IMG/VR virus record: IMGVR_UViG_2698536355_000015
Coordinates: 1 to 28,825 of that record
Source of the DNA: a virus
Taxonomy: Duplodnaviria > Heunggongvirae > Uroviricota > Caudoviricetes
Direction: 5' to 3' (one strand)
Length of the DNA stretch: 28,825 nt
The position numbers and the translations under genes were made by a program. Below are positions 1 through 8,764 of this stretch, one piece after another; the first letter of the stretch is position 1; every line of letters begins with the position of its first letter. The notes below the pieces were generated by a model that did no database searches, had not been told where the DNA came from, and saw only the letters and a program-made list of their open reading frames with translations.

Positions 1-240
1 ATGTTCGTCGAACTGGTTTACGACAAACGCAATGTGGCAGGGTTACCTGGGGCAAAGGATATCATCCTGAATGAGCTGACCAAGCGAGTGCATCATATCT
101 TCCCTGATGCAGAGGTGAGGGTTAAGCCGATGCAGGCGAACGCATTAAACAGCGACTGTACCAAAACAGAAAAGGAACGGTTAAACCGTATGCTGGAGGA
201 AATGTTCGAAGAATCTGATTTTTGGATGGTAGCCGAATAA
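1..240 (+). CDS. dinI: DinI-family protein (DNA-damage-inducible protein I-like)
   Basis: 79-aa product aligns along its length with E. coli DinI (81 aa), including the ...FPD... core and the acidic C-terminal ...E.DFWMVAE tail (DinI: ...ESADDWFVSE). ORF begins at window position 1, so promoter and any LexA box lie outside the window. Confidence 0.8.
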   Translation: MFVELVYDKRNVAGLPGAKDIILNELTKRVHHIFPDAEVRVKPMQANALNSDCTKTEKERLNRMLEEMFEESDFWMVAE

Positions 241-327
241 TAAGCTTTGTTTTTACATTGCTGTTTTATAGAATCCGCCGCCAGCCGGATATTTTCAATA
301 CTCGCACTATCGATTAAAACTGGCTGG

Positions 328-359
328 CCGCAGCCCCTCCTGTACACGGGGAGCTGCGG
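328..359. terminator. Putative bidirectional rho-independent terminator between convergent dinI-like and umuD'-like genes
   Basis: Inverted repeat CCGCAGC...GCTGCGG (about 7-bp stem) followed by TATTTTC on the plus strand and preceded by a T-run in minus-strand sense; lies directly after the stop of the minus-strand gene (365) and about 90 nt after dinI. Confidence 0.4.
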
Positions 360-364
360 TATTT

Positions 365-751
365 TCACATTACCGGGCAGTCATCAAATTCATCAGACCG
401 CGCATCGTTGATGATGTAGATCACCACACCAAAAACACCACTATCATCAAGTTCTGACAGGTCGTCACACTTCAACGGATCATCGAGTCTTTCCAGAACA
501 GTGCTCCGGGAAAATCGAATACGGCGCAGGGTAAACTCGCCTGCAATAGCACAGATCACGATTGAACCATCACAGGCTCTGACACCAGAGTCCACCACCA
601 GCAACGCATCTTTCATAATACCGGCACGCCAGTACGACTGGCCGGCACGCATGAAATACGTCGAAGACGGGCTTCTGATAAGCTGTTCGTCCAGTGAAAT
701 TCTTCGCTCAACATAGTCCTGCGCTGGCGACGGAAACGGCCCCATTACCAC
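365..751 (-). CDS. UmuD/UmuD'-like S24 peptidase-domain protein, N-terminally truncated at the position of the UmuD autocleavage site
   Basis: Product aligns with E. coli UmuD residues about 25-139 (GFPSPAADYVEQRI vs GPFPSPAQDYVERRI; DGEFTVKKL vs AGEFTLRRI; DVFGVVIHVV vs GVFGVVIYII). Ser60 equivalent is retained (GQSY), Lys97 equivalent is Arg. Track start is GTG at 749-751; an ATG lies two codons in (743-745). Confidence 0.75.
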   Translation of the reverse strand: MVMGPFPSPAQDYVERRISLDEQLIRSPSSTYFMRAGQSYWRAGIMKDALLVVDSGVRACDGSIVICAIAGEFTLRRIRFSRSTVLERLDDPLKCDDLSELDDSGVFGVVIYIINDARSDEFDDCPVM

Positions 752-829
752 ACCCTCCCCATCGCGCGGAGAATCCAGTATCTGTTCTCCGTCTGCTGGG
801 TTGTCTTGTCTGTAAAATCACCCTGATAT

Positions 830-1234
830 TTAGGAGCGAATTTCTTTGCGAAACAAGAGGAATCTTGATGACGCCAAGTTGACAACCATACCGGCTATAC
901 TTCCAGCTGCAACACCAATGATCGGATTTTCAAGGGCTATATTATATGTTGAGATTAGCCAACTATAGAGGCCGTAGTTGACTGAACCTCCACCTAACAT
1001 GAGAACAAAGTATGAGAGAAATTCGTTTTTAGGCTTCATGCATGAGCTTTTATCTTTGAAGGTTATCTTTCTATTAAAAACCCATGTAACGGCCACTGCT
1101 GCAAAAAAGGAAAAGGCTCGAGCTATGTAAGGCCCACAGTATCCAAGCAAAATATAAAGCACTGTGGTATCTACCAGAAAACCGATAGCCCCACTAATTC
1201 CGAAGAAAAAAATCTCTCTCATGATTTTTATCAT
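830..1234 (-). CDS. gtrA: GtrA-like small polytopic membrane protein (putative lipid-linked sugar flippase)
   Basis: About 120-134 aa with four predicted hydrophobic helices, the size and topology of the GtrA family; ATGA start/stop overlap with the upstream GT2 gene; low GC. An alternative start at Met5 is possible. Confidence 0.6.
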   Translation of the reverse strand: MIKIMREIFFFGISGAIGFLVDTTVLYILLGYCGPYIARAFSFFAAVAVTWVFNRKITFKDKSSCMKPKNEFLSYFVLMLGGGSVNYGLYSWLISTYNIALENPIIGVAAGSIAGMVVNLASSRFLLFRKEIRS

Positions 1235-2184
1235 TTATTTTTTCTCATACACGGAAGAGGAATCCCAAGATAGACCAGCCGCTTCATTTCATGCCGCCCC
1301 CTAGTCACATTGTCCAAGACTAAACCACAAACGAATGATAATGCCGCAGCAATCATGATGGAAGCCGCTAAAACTGCAGTTGGGAGTCGGGGAACCAGTC
1401 CATCACGAAGATATTCAGTTAATAGCGGGAACCCCAGTAATAATGACACCATCGCCATGCTCAAAGAACAAATCCCGAAGAAGGCAAATGGGCGTTCACT
1501 TATATATAGTCGACCAATCGTCTTTAGTATTCTCCAGCCATCTCGATATGTCGACAATTTACTGACAGACCCTTCCGGGCGTGCTCCGTAGGCTGTCATT
1601 ATTTCACCATAAGGCATGCGAAGCTCCAGAGCATGCACTGTCAGCTCAGTTTCAATTTCAAAGCCATTGGAAAGCGCAGGGAAAGATTTAGCATATCTAC
1701 GCGTGAAAGCCCGGTACCCTGAAAGCATATCGGTGAAATTCCCACCAAATATTTTAACAACACTTTGGGTAAGTATATAATTACCCCATTGATGTCCGCG
1801 CCTATACGCCTCACCAGCAATTTCCTCTTTCGTTTCTCGACAGCCAACAACCATATCAAGATGGTTATCAAGTAGTTTATCTACAAGACTTCTAACAGCA
1901 CTTGCATCATAAGTTGCATCCCCATCTACCATTACGTAGATATCAGCATCAACGTCGGCAAACATGCGGCGTACAACATTTCCCTTACCAGGAAGTTGCA
2001 CAGATACCACTTTAGCACCAGCATTGGTTGCAACAAGGGCGGTGCGATCCGTCGAATTATTATCAAAAACGTAGATATCAATCTCAGGCATAGCATCGCG
2101 AAATCCACTAACTACTGCTTCGATCGCTGCTTCTTCATTATAGCAAGGAACGATTAATGCCACATGTTGTTCACGATAATACAT
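1231..2184 (-). CDS. gtrB: GT2-family polyprenol-phosphate glycosyltransferase (GtrB/ArnC-like)
   Basis: N-terminal GT2 signature (ALIVPCYNEE...FDNNSTD...VDGDATY) followed by two C-terminal transmembrane helices, about 317 aa, the architecture of GtrB-type bactoprenol glucosyltransferases. Confidence 0.8.
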   Translation of the reverse strand: MYYREQHVALIVPCYNEEAAIEAVVSGFRDAMPEIDIYVFDNNSTDRTALVATNAGAKVVSVQLPGKGNVVRRMFADVDADIYVMVDGDATYDASAVRSLVDKLLDNHLDMVVGCRETKEEIAGEAYRRGHQWGNYILTQSVVKIFGGNFTDMLSGYRAFTRRYAKSFPALSNGFEIETELTVHALELRMPYGEIMTAYGARPEGSVSKLSTYRDGWRILKTIGRLYISERPFAFFGICSLSMAMVSLLLGFPLLTEYLRDGLVPRLPTAVLAASIMIAAALSFVCGLVLDNVTRGRHEMKRLVYLGIPLPCMRKNK

Positions 2185-2200
2185 ATCAACCTCATTTAAA

Positions 2201-3514
2201 TTATTCCTTTGTTTTTATTGACAGCAAAATAAATGGAACGCTTGCCGATGTTGCTAATATTGACCAATATGCGTATCTAAAATCAGATGCAACTCCGACA
2301 AATAGGTATGCCACAAGATACAGAAAACTTGACGTATTCAAGGCAAGAAAAACATCCCTGGCGAAACACTTACGGGATAACAGTCCATAAAGTGAAAATA
2401 TAAAAGAGGTCATAAGCCAGAACCCGGGATGAAAAACGAACGTATTTTTCAATAAGTTGGTCGTCGTTTCAAGCACTCTGAACAACCCAGTTTTTTCGTA
2501 TTTTAACCCTAATGAATTTTCTACAGTAGAATCACCCAATACTGAATTTGGATGCCACAACAATTTCATAAAGTTTTCATAACGATGATTCAGGTATGCA
2601 CCAGGTTCATGATATATAGCAAAAATCCATTTTTTCATTAATGATCCATCACCCCATGAACCAGAGTTTTGTATTTTTTTTAAAACAAAACTACAAGATC
2701 CCCAAACGTAAACATCCCATGCAGCCGCATCATAACAAGTTGAAAGCATCTTATGGCCTTCATCACTATCCCAAGTTTCCTCAAAATAGTCTTTACCTGA
2801 AAAATGAGAAATTCCCCCAAGATCAAAAACTATCAACGATTGATGAACTCGGGATTTTTCAGCATTTAAAAAACCGTAATTGAAGGTTGTTGTGAATAAA
2901 ATGGAGCATGCAGGAAAAAGAAAGAGAATAATCACCCATTTTTTCCATGACTGGAATTTACTTTTATTGAAAAGCAACCATACCAATGGTAACAAACCAA
3001 ACATCGCATTAAATCTTACCATACTTCCAATAAATAGCATGACACCAGCAAGAAGCAATATTTTCTTATTCTGCCCGTTATATTTTGAAATACTTAAGCA
3101 AATAAACCCTACAGCGCAAAGCCAAATAACCGCGTGAAGAACATCCTTCCAAATGTGGCTAAGCGTACCAACTGCAAACGGCATGAAGCCAACAACAATA
3201 ACTGATAACGAAATTTTTTTATATGTTTGCGGAATAGAAAGAGATATAAGTAATAAACCGCCCCAATACAGAAAACATTCAAGCAATAGCATTCCAAATG
3301 CCCCTGGCATCCAGTCATTCGTGATAGCCCAAATGAAACTCATAATCGGTGGATGCCAATCACTGAAATTAAAACTTGTCGCTTGCTGGTATTGATCTAA
3401 CGCATCACTAGTGATTAATCCAGGGAAAAAGGCTCGCAAAGTTATTAGCAACCCAAAAGTGGCTAAGGCAACTTGAGTAAATACTGCTTTTTTACCGAGT
3501 TTTGATGTTAGCAT
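2201..3514 (-). CDS. Polytopic membrane glycosyltransferase, GtrC-like / GT-C-fold candidate (serotype-specific transferase position)
   Basis: 437 aa with many hydrophobic helices in the N-terminal two-thirds and a more polar C-terminal region; sits immediately upstream of the GtrB-like and GtrA-like genes; very low GC. Family assignment rests on context and topology, not on a recognised motif. Confidence 0.5.
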   Translation of the reverse strand: MLTSKLGKKAVFTQVALATFGLLITLRAFFPGLITSDALDQYQQATSFNFSDWHPPIMSFIWAITNDWMPGAFGMLLLECFLYWGGLLLISLSIPQTYKKISLSVIVVGFMPFAVGTLSHIWKDVLHAVIWLCAVGFICLSISKYNGQNKKILLLAGVMLFIGSMVRFNAMFGLLPLVWLLFNKSKFQSWKKWVIILFLFPACSILFTTTFNYGFLNAEKSRVHQSLIVFDLGGISHFSGKDYFEETWDSDEGHKMLSTCYDAAAWDVYVWGSCSFVLKKIQNSGSWGDGSLMKKWIFAIYHEPGAYLNHRYENFMKLLWHPNSVLGDSTVENSLGLKYEKTGLFRVLETTTNLLKNTFVFHPGFWLMTSFIFSLYGLLSRKCFARDVFLALNTSSFLYLVAYLFVGVASDFRYAYWSILATSASVPFILLSIKTKE

Positions 3515-3690
3515 TGAATCATCTAATCTTGAGGAGTGTCATGGGGTTAATACTGTGAATTCTCCCACATGAGATATATTCAGGCAAGCATTTCGATCAG
3601 GGATTTCCTTACAGCAAGAAGCCATTGATGTGGGGATAGCGACGGCGGAGTGGAGAAATACCAAGTGCTGCTAATACGCGTTGATACCTC

Positions 3691-3709
3691 AAAAGCCGCG
3701 CGAAGCGGC
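3691..3709 (-). terminator. Rho-independent terminator downstream of tfa (end of late operon)
   Basis: Minus-strand sense GCCGC-TTCGC-GCGGC hairpin followed by TTTT, 6 nt after the tfa stop codon. Confidence 0.55.
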
Positions 3710-3715
3710 CCCTTG

Positions 3716-4129
3716 TTACGGTTGCGGAGGCCAGTTAACGTCCGGCGCGGTGCTGGTATTTGTAGCCGTCACCGCATCGATATAGTCCAGTGTGGCATTA
3801 ATCTGTTCCGTCTCAGACGTGGTGAGTTTGCGCCCCGCCTGGAGCTTCAACTGAACAACGCTGATTGACTGCATCGCCACATCAATCAGTGCCCGCCGCT
3901 GCAGTTCGGCCTGCGCTACGAGTTGCTCGTGCGACAGTTCCGGCACGGGGACGATAGTCACCATTCCATCATTATCAACAGTAAAGGTTTCGCCTGGCTG
4001 GCGGCTCATCGCTTTGCTGAACTCCTCAGCGGATACGTTGATTGCGCCCTCCGGGATTTGACGGTACTCCTCATTACTCGGGTAAAACAGACCGCCGGAA
4101 AACCAGTAAATAATATTATCCATACTCAT
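3716..4129 (-). CDS. tfa: Tail fibre assembly protein (Tfa)
   Basis: C-terminus ...TSTAPDVNWPPQP matches the conserved Tfa C-terminus (E. coli TfaE ...TSTAPDIEWPAVP); located directly after the tail fibre gene. Track ORF extends to 4177; the start chosen here is the internal Met (MSMDNII...) that avoids a 44-nt overlap. Confidence 0.8.
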   Translation of the reverse strand: MSMDNIIYWFSGGLFYPSNEEYRQIPEGAINVSAEEFSKAMSRQPGETFTVDNDGMVTIVPVPELSHEQLVAQAELQRRALIDVAMQSISVVQLKLQAGRKLTTSETEQINATLDYIDAVTATNTSTAPDVNWPPQP

Positions 4130-4133
4130 CCCC

Positions 4134-4874
4134 TTAATATCCGATAGCAATCCATGAACAGGTTTCGTAGTAGCCACTAGGTGCCCAGTTCTGAATCTGT
4201 AGTCCCTGCGTCCCTGTAGCGTTAACGTTCATTGATGCGTTTGAGCCGCTTGCCCAGCGATTCCCCATAGCGAACAAAATGGTATTGGGGAACGCGATAT
4301 TCACGTTATAGGTATTGTTTGAATTCGGCGGCGTTGAGGTGTTACCCCATTGCAGATACAGCTTCAGATTGCTGCCGGTGGTCGCAACAGAGGGAAGCTG
4401 AATATAACCATTACCTGACATCATGGACCTTACGCTGTCCATATCGATAAGATTTGATGCGCTTCCCATTCCGACATTGCGCGTAGAGGCAGAACCTAAT
4501 CCTAATGTAGTACGCATATCAGAGGCTGCTGCATTCCCCAATAATGTCCTGGCAAGCGATGTCAGGCTTGTTAATGCAGCTGTTTTTTGTCCGGTAAAAT
4601 ATGGAACTTTATCAGCCACACCTGTCAGCGCGGCTAATGCCGCCAGAGAGTCAGTATTTGCAGCAAACATCTTCTTTAAAGCAGTAAGCACCTGGGTCAT
4701 ATCATTGGGATCCAGGACCATCGAAGCTGACTCTACGATGTTCGCCAGCTCTTCCTGCACCGCGTTAAAAGCTGGCGCACGCAACCGCGTCGCCGGGGTT
4801 CCGCCGGCAACGTTGCCATCGGTATATTTGCCATCGGATGTGGCTGTAGATTCAACTTGCCCGATTCTGAGCAT
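4134..4874 (-). CDS. Tail fibre protein
   Basis: 246-aa Gly/Ser/Asn/Thr-rich protein immediately upstream of tfa and downstream of the baseplate genes; call is by position and composition. Confidence 0.55.
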   Translation of the reverse strand: MLRIGQVESTATSDGKYTDGNVAGGTPATRLRAPAFNAVQEELANIVESASMVLDPNDMTQVLTALKKMFAANTDSLAALAALTGVADKVPYFTGQKTAALTSLTSLARTLLGNAAASDMRTTLGLGSASTRNVGMGSASNLIDMDSVRSMMSGNGYIQLPSVATTGSNLKLYLQWGNTSTPPNSNNTYNVNIAFPNTILFAMGNRWASGSNASMNVNATGTQGLQIQNWAPSGYYETCSWIAIGY

Positions 4875-4929
4875 GGGTCATCCTCACTTGATTAAGCGAT
4901 TAAAATGAAAGTCATTGTGTTGTGGTCGG

Positions 4930-5523
4930 TTATGCGTAACTGAAAATAAGACGCAGATGCGAGGGCGCAATTTTAGTGATCGCGCACTCGAGTTGTTTAT
5001 TTCCCCAGGAGGCCAGGGAATCACCACAGTAAGATGCACCTGACAGTGCGTATTTGATGGTGGTTTGCGGGGCGTTAATCTGCCAGGTAAAAGGCCACTC
5101 ATCGCCGTTCAGGGCATCGCCGCACGCCGACATACCGCACATCGCGGGGCGAAACTGTGTGATGGTGATGGTATACCCCAGCGCCGCCGCCACGCGGATG
5201 TAGTAATCGCGGTTCAGGCCGCCGGTACTGATGAGCTTTGCCACCACCATGCGCTGGCGATCGCTGACCCCGTCGATTTCACCGATAGCGCAGTCATCCG
5301 GCAGACCAAGCGTCGCCTCCCATTCCGGAAGCATACTGGTCGCAGTGGGCGGAAATGCCCCGGCAATGAGATTTATCGCGTCGTCATCCGAACGCTGGAA
5401 TGCACTTCCCAGGGCGCGCAGAACCGCCGCCTGAACTGTTTTTGACGCCCGTGGCCACGCCCTGCCGGTGGGCAGCAGCGCCCCCAGCGCGCCAGCGTAA
5501 TCATCTTTCGAAAAGAGGCTCAT
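4930..5523 (-). CDS. Mu gp48-like tail/baseplate protein (YmfQ-like)
   Basis: 197 aa, downstream of the J-like baseplate gene; size and position match Mu gp48-type proteins. Confidence 0.55.
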   Translation of the reverse strand: MSLFSKDDYAGALGALLPTGRAWPRASKTVQAAVLRALGSAFQRSDDDAINLIAGAFPPTATSMLPEWEATLGLPDDCAIGEIDGVSDRQRMVVAKLISTGGLNRDYYIRVAAALGYTITITQFRPAMCGMSACGDALNGDEWPFTWQINAPQTTIKYALSGASYCGDSLASWGNKQLECAITKIAPSHLRLIFSYA

Positions 5524-6662
5524 ACAAAATGTACCTCACCCAGCACCGGAATTTCACCCACCGCAAACGTAATATTGGCCGTCGGAGAGTTCAGGATATA
5601 GCCCGTGGTGCCGTTAACATCACCGATGCTCCCGTTGATATCCGAGAGATACACTTTCCCGGAGCCGTCAGGATTGGCCTCATCAAAAAACAGCGTTGTC
5701 AGTGCGTCCCTGATGCCCTGTACCGTGGTGGTGTCGGCATTTTTTATCCCCGCAATTTCGACGTCGATGGTCTTCGGGATTGGGGAACACACAAACACGA
5801 TGGCTGTGTCAGTCTGCAACGGGTAAATGTGATCGGCGACAGCCAGCTGGTCCCCGGTGGCCCTGACAGCCCCCCAGTCTTCCAGTTGCGATATTCCGTC
5901 GGTACCTACCGGAAACCCGCCGCTGGCGTTCTGGTCACACATGATGTACACCCCGACGGTCCCGGCCCCGTTCAGGCGACGTTTTACCCACGCCCGGGTC
6001 ACGCCAGGTACCTCGAGCGCCCATTTTTTATAATCGGTATCGCTGCCGCCCTGTGGCGGATTCTGCCACGCCAGCAGGCCACGGCTGCGAAACTCGTCTT
6101 CGCTTTCAATGTCCGCCCCGCCGGTCGCGGCAGACAGCAGCGTCACCTGCGCATCCACCCCGGCAATATTGGCATCCAGTGTCAGAAGGGTCCCGGCATC
6201 CGCATTACCGCGGGCACCGCCCCCGGTCACATCGCTGGTAATATCCGGCAGTATGGCGGTCACGGCAGCAGTACCATAGCCATTCGCCTGAATTTTCAGC
6301 TCAGCATCCGTGCGATACTGATACCCGTCGCCACGGTTCAGGATCGTACCCGGCGGAATGATGCTGTCAGCGGCGCCGGAGGCCTGTGCCGATGGCGATT
6401 TCGCGGCCGTGGCCGGTTTGCGAAAAACCTGCTTCATGGCCATCCATCCTGCCTGGAACTCATCGGTAGACGTGAACGGGTTCGTCTGCAGGGCAATATA
6501 GTCCAGGTAGGCGTAGTGCAGATGCCCCATCCCGGCATCCATATCGGCGAGCACTTTCAGGTTAGCGAAGCGCAGCAGCGCGCCGACTCCCTCCAGCTCC
6601 GCTTGCATAAACTTCCGGTTTCCGTCACGCAGCTCGCTGAGCGTCGGTCGTTTAAACGGCAT
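5520..6662 (-). CDS. Baseplate J-like protein (Mu gp47-like)
   Basis: 380 aa; size and position after the gp25-like gene; 4-nt overlaps with neighbours indicate translational coupling. Confidence 0.65.
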   Translation of the reverse strand: MPFKRPTLSELRDGNRKFMQAELEGVGALLRFANLKVLADMDAGMGHLHYAYLDYIALQTNPFTSTDEFQAGWMAMKQVFRKPATAAKSPSAQASGAADSIIPPGTILNRGDGYQYRTDAELKIQANGYGTAAVTAILPDITSDVTGGGARGNADAGTLLTLDANIAGVDAQVTLLSAATGGADIESEDEFRSRGLLAWQNPPQGGSDTDYKKWALEVPGVTRAWVKRRLNGAGTVGVYIMCDQNASGGFPVGTDGISQLEDWGAVRATGDQLAVADHIYPLQTDTAIVFVCSPIPKTIDVEIAGIKNADTTTVQGIRDALTTLFFDEANPDGSGKVYLSDINGSIGDVNGTTGYILNSPTANITFAVGEIPVLGEVHFV

Positions 6663-6663
6663 A

Positions 6664-7101
6664 TTAATGTTGCTCCCATATCCAGTAAAACCTGAATTCC
6701 TGCCAGTCTTTGCCCGGTGCCAGATACCGGATGATGAGGTTCAGGCGGTTCGGCATAACGATCTGCGCAACAGGGATAACATCGCTGACCACGCCATCAT
6801 CCTTAAGCCAGGCAAGAGCCTCGCGCGCATATTCCTCCGCTCTTTTCGCCACGTCGGTCGTCAGTTTCTGCCTCCGGAGTAACCACAACCGTGACCCGAG
6901 CTGCGATTCATCACCAGAATCCCCCCACCAGCCACGGCGATCGCTGCCTTCATAGTCGTCATCCGCGCGCGCCAGCCGGTCGGTAAACAGGCTGTCCAGT
7001 ATCGCGGTCTGTAAATCGTACCCGGTGGTGAGTGCACCCGGGCCTTCCTGCCAGTCGGCAACCATCTCGTCCACGTTCCAGAAAGAGGCAATGTCGCTCA
7101 T
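6664..7101 (-). CDS. Baseplate wedge protein, gp25/GPW-like (Mu gp46-like)
   Basis: 145 aa; size and synteny between the V-like and J-like genes. Confidence 0.6.
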   Translation of the reverse strand: MSDIASFWNVDEMVADWQEGPGALTTGYDLQTAILDSLFTDRLARADDDYEGSDRRGWWGDSGDESQLGSRLWLLRRQKLTTDVAKRAEEYAREALAWLKDDGVVSDVIPVAQIVMPNRLNLIIRYLAPGKDWQEFRFYWIWEQH

Positions 7102-7682
7102 GTCACCTTCTCCTCGGGTCGTTCACTGCGGATATCGTCATTGCCTCTCTGGGCATTTTTAACCAGGTGATCATGGTCGTTGTGCGCTTCCCGCAGGTCT
7201 TTCAGCGTGCGGGTATTGGTTTCACAGTTATCCACAATATCGCCGGTGCATTTTAAAATCGGGGTTCTGGCCAGAACACTCTCGCTGGCGTTAATGGTCA
7301 CGTTGGTCGCGTTATTGACTTCCACATCCTTGCCCTTCGCATCGACAAATACTCCATCTTTGGTCAGCAGCACCTCCTGCCCCCACTGGCTGTAGATAAC
7401 GGTTTCGCCGTCTTTCAGCCCGGCGCGCCGGTACCCCTGATGATTCGTGGCAATGACCACCGGACTTGAACGGTCACCGCCAATAAAGGCCAGGACCACG
7501 TCGGTGCCTTTCGGCAGCCCGGAAGAAAAGCCAAACTCGGCGAGCCGCGGCGCGCTGGCGACCTCAAGCGGCGTCTGGTACTGAACAGTCTGCACAACAC
7601 CACTGTCTTTCAGCGCAGTGATCCGGCCAATGCCCAGCATGCTGGCGATGCGGGTGGCGGCGCGCCTGACTAACTGGTTCAT
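7098..7682 (-). CDS. Baseplate assembly protein V-like (central spike, Mu gp45-like)
   Basis: 194 aa; synteny (P-like, V-like, gp25-like, J-like) as in Mu-type tails. Confidence 0.6.
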   Translation of the reverse strand: MNQLVRRAATRIASMLGIGRITALKDSGVVQTVQYQTPLEVASAPRLAEFGFSSGLPKGTDVVLAFIGGDRSSPVVIATNHQGYRRAGLKDGETVIYSQWGQEVLLTKDGVFVDAKGKDVEVNNATNVTINASESVLARTPILKCTGDIVDNCETNTRTLKDLREAHNDHDHLVKNAQRGNDDIRSERPEEKVT

Positions 7683-8764
7683 GTATTTAACCCCGGTATC
7701 TGCTGGTAGAAGGCGTAGGGCTGAACTTCAAACGCTGCCGGCGGCATCAGTGTCATGCGTGCATGCGTCCCGTTGTCATCACGCATGTAGGTGACATCTG
7801 CCAGCAGCAGCTCGGTATCCGGGAGGCGGAACGCCGGCATATTCACCGGAATAAGGGTATTGGGCTCCCACAGCTTCCCCGCCTCATCCCGCCAGGAGTC
7901 TGTCGTCACAGTCAGCGGCTTCGAGCGGCCATACCGGCGGTTCATTTCCCAGTCGATAGCGCGCTGCGCCTGTTGTGATGCCATCAGAGTGCTTTCAATA
8001 ATGGAAATATGCTTTCGGTAGCGCATACGGGCGGCTTCCGGATCCCTCGCCGTCGCCAGCGTCACGGCGTCATAGGCCGAATCCGGCGAATAGCCTGCTA
8101 TCGGGGAAATACCCATAGAAACACCGACATAGTCAGAGAACCTGTCAGCCATCGATTTACGGTAATAAGCCTGCTCGACGTTCACACCCTCGGCAATACC
8201 GCTGGCGGCACGGCGCGTACCGACGCGGGTCAGCAGCAGGTTGCCGTCAGGCTGGTCGTAATAAAGCAGGGCTGACCACCGGGCCACCCGCTCTATAATC
8301 TCCTGCGGTGACTCCCCCCAGTTAAGGGTGAACTGGGGAACCTTAATCAGATCGCTTACATCCGTCGAGACGCTGATGCCGTAATACGATGCCAGCCGCG
8401 TGGCGATTTCCAGCGCATTACCGCCATTGATGACGTTGTTGGGCCACTCAGCGGAGCAATCCACCAGATCCTGGCATTTGCTTCTCCCCGTCGCGCGCAC
8501 CTCGTGGCGGGAGCGCGATATTGACGGCTCCCAGTCATCCACATAGCCCGTCAGTGTCAGGTCATTCCCGATACGGACGGTACAGGGCATCCCTTCTTCC
8601 ACAAGCTGGCGGTTATCACTGCCGGGAAAATAATCCATCAGACCGAGATCGAAATCAGAGGGAAAACGTTCAATACCGCGGGTCACCCGGACTGAATCCC
8701 AGCCCTCAATAATTTTACCGCCGACCGTCAGCGAGACGGCGTCCTGATCGCTGTCTGCACTCAT
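7679..8764 (-). CDS. Mu gpP-like tail/baseplate hub protein
   Basis: 361 aa directly after the N-like gene, as in Mu-like tail modules. Confidence 0.6.
   Translation of the reverse strand: MSADSDQDAVSLTVGGKIIEGWDSVRVTRGIERFPSDFDLGLMDYFPGSDNRQLVEEGMPCTVRIGNDLTLTGYVDDWEPSISRSRHEVRATGRSKCQDLVDCSAEWPNNVINGGNALEIATRLASYYGISVSTDVSDLIKVPQFTLNWGESPQEIIERVARWSALLYYDQPDGNLLLTRVGTRRAASGIAEGVNVEQAYYRKSMADRFSDYVGVSMGISPIAGYSPDSAYDAVTLATARDPEAARMRYRKHISIIESTLMASQQAQRAIDWEMNRRYGRSKPLTVTTDSWRDEAGKLWEPNTLIPVNMPAFRLPDTELLLADVTYMRDDNGTHARMTLMPPAAFEVQPYAFYQQIPGLNT

Noticed and set aside
93-368. 91-aa minus-strand ORF overlapping dinI and the intergenic hairpin
   Set aside because: Overlaps the well-supported dinI-like gene on the opposite strand and spans the terminator hairpin; no homology or start context.
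752-829. LexA (SOS) box upstream of the umuD'-like gene
   Set aside because: No CTGT-N8-ACAG palindrome is present; the CTGT motifs seen are not followed by ACAG at the correct spacing.
3515-3715. Possible Dam/OxyR phase-variation switch upstream of the gtr-like cassette
   Set aside because: Known phase-variable gtr promoters have several appropriately spaced GATC sites; only a single GATC (about 3595) is present in this intergenic region.
5400-6695. 431-aa plus-strand ORF
   Set aside because: Lies entirely antisense to the baseplate J-like gene in GC-rich DNA; Arg/Pro/Gly-rich translation typical of antisense artefacts, with no start context or synteny support.
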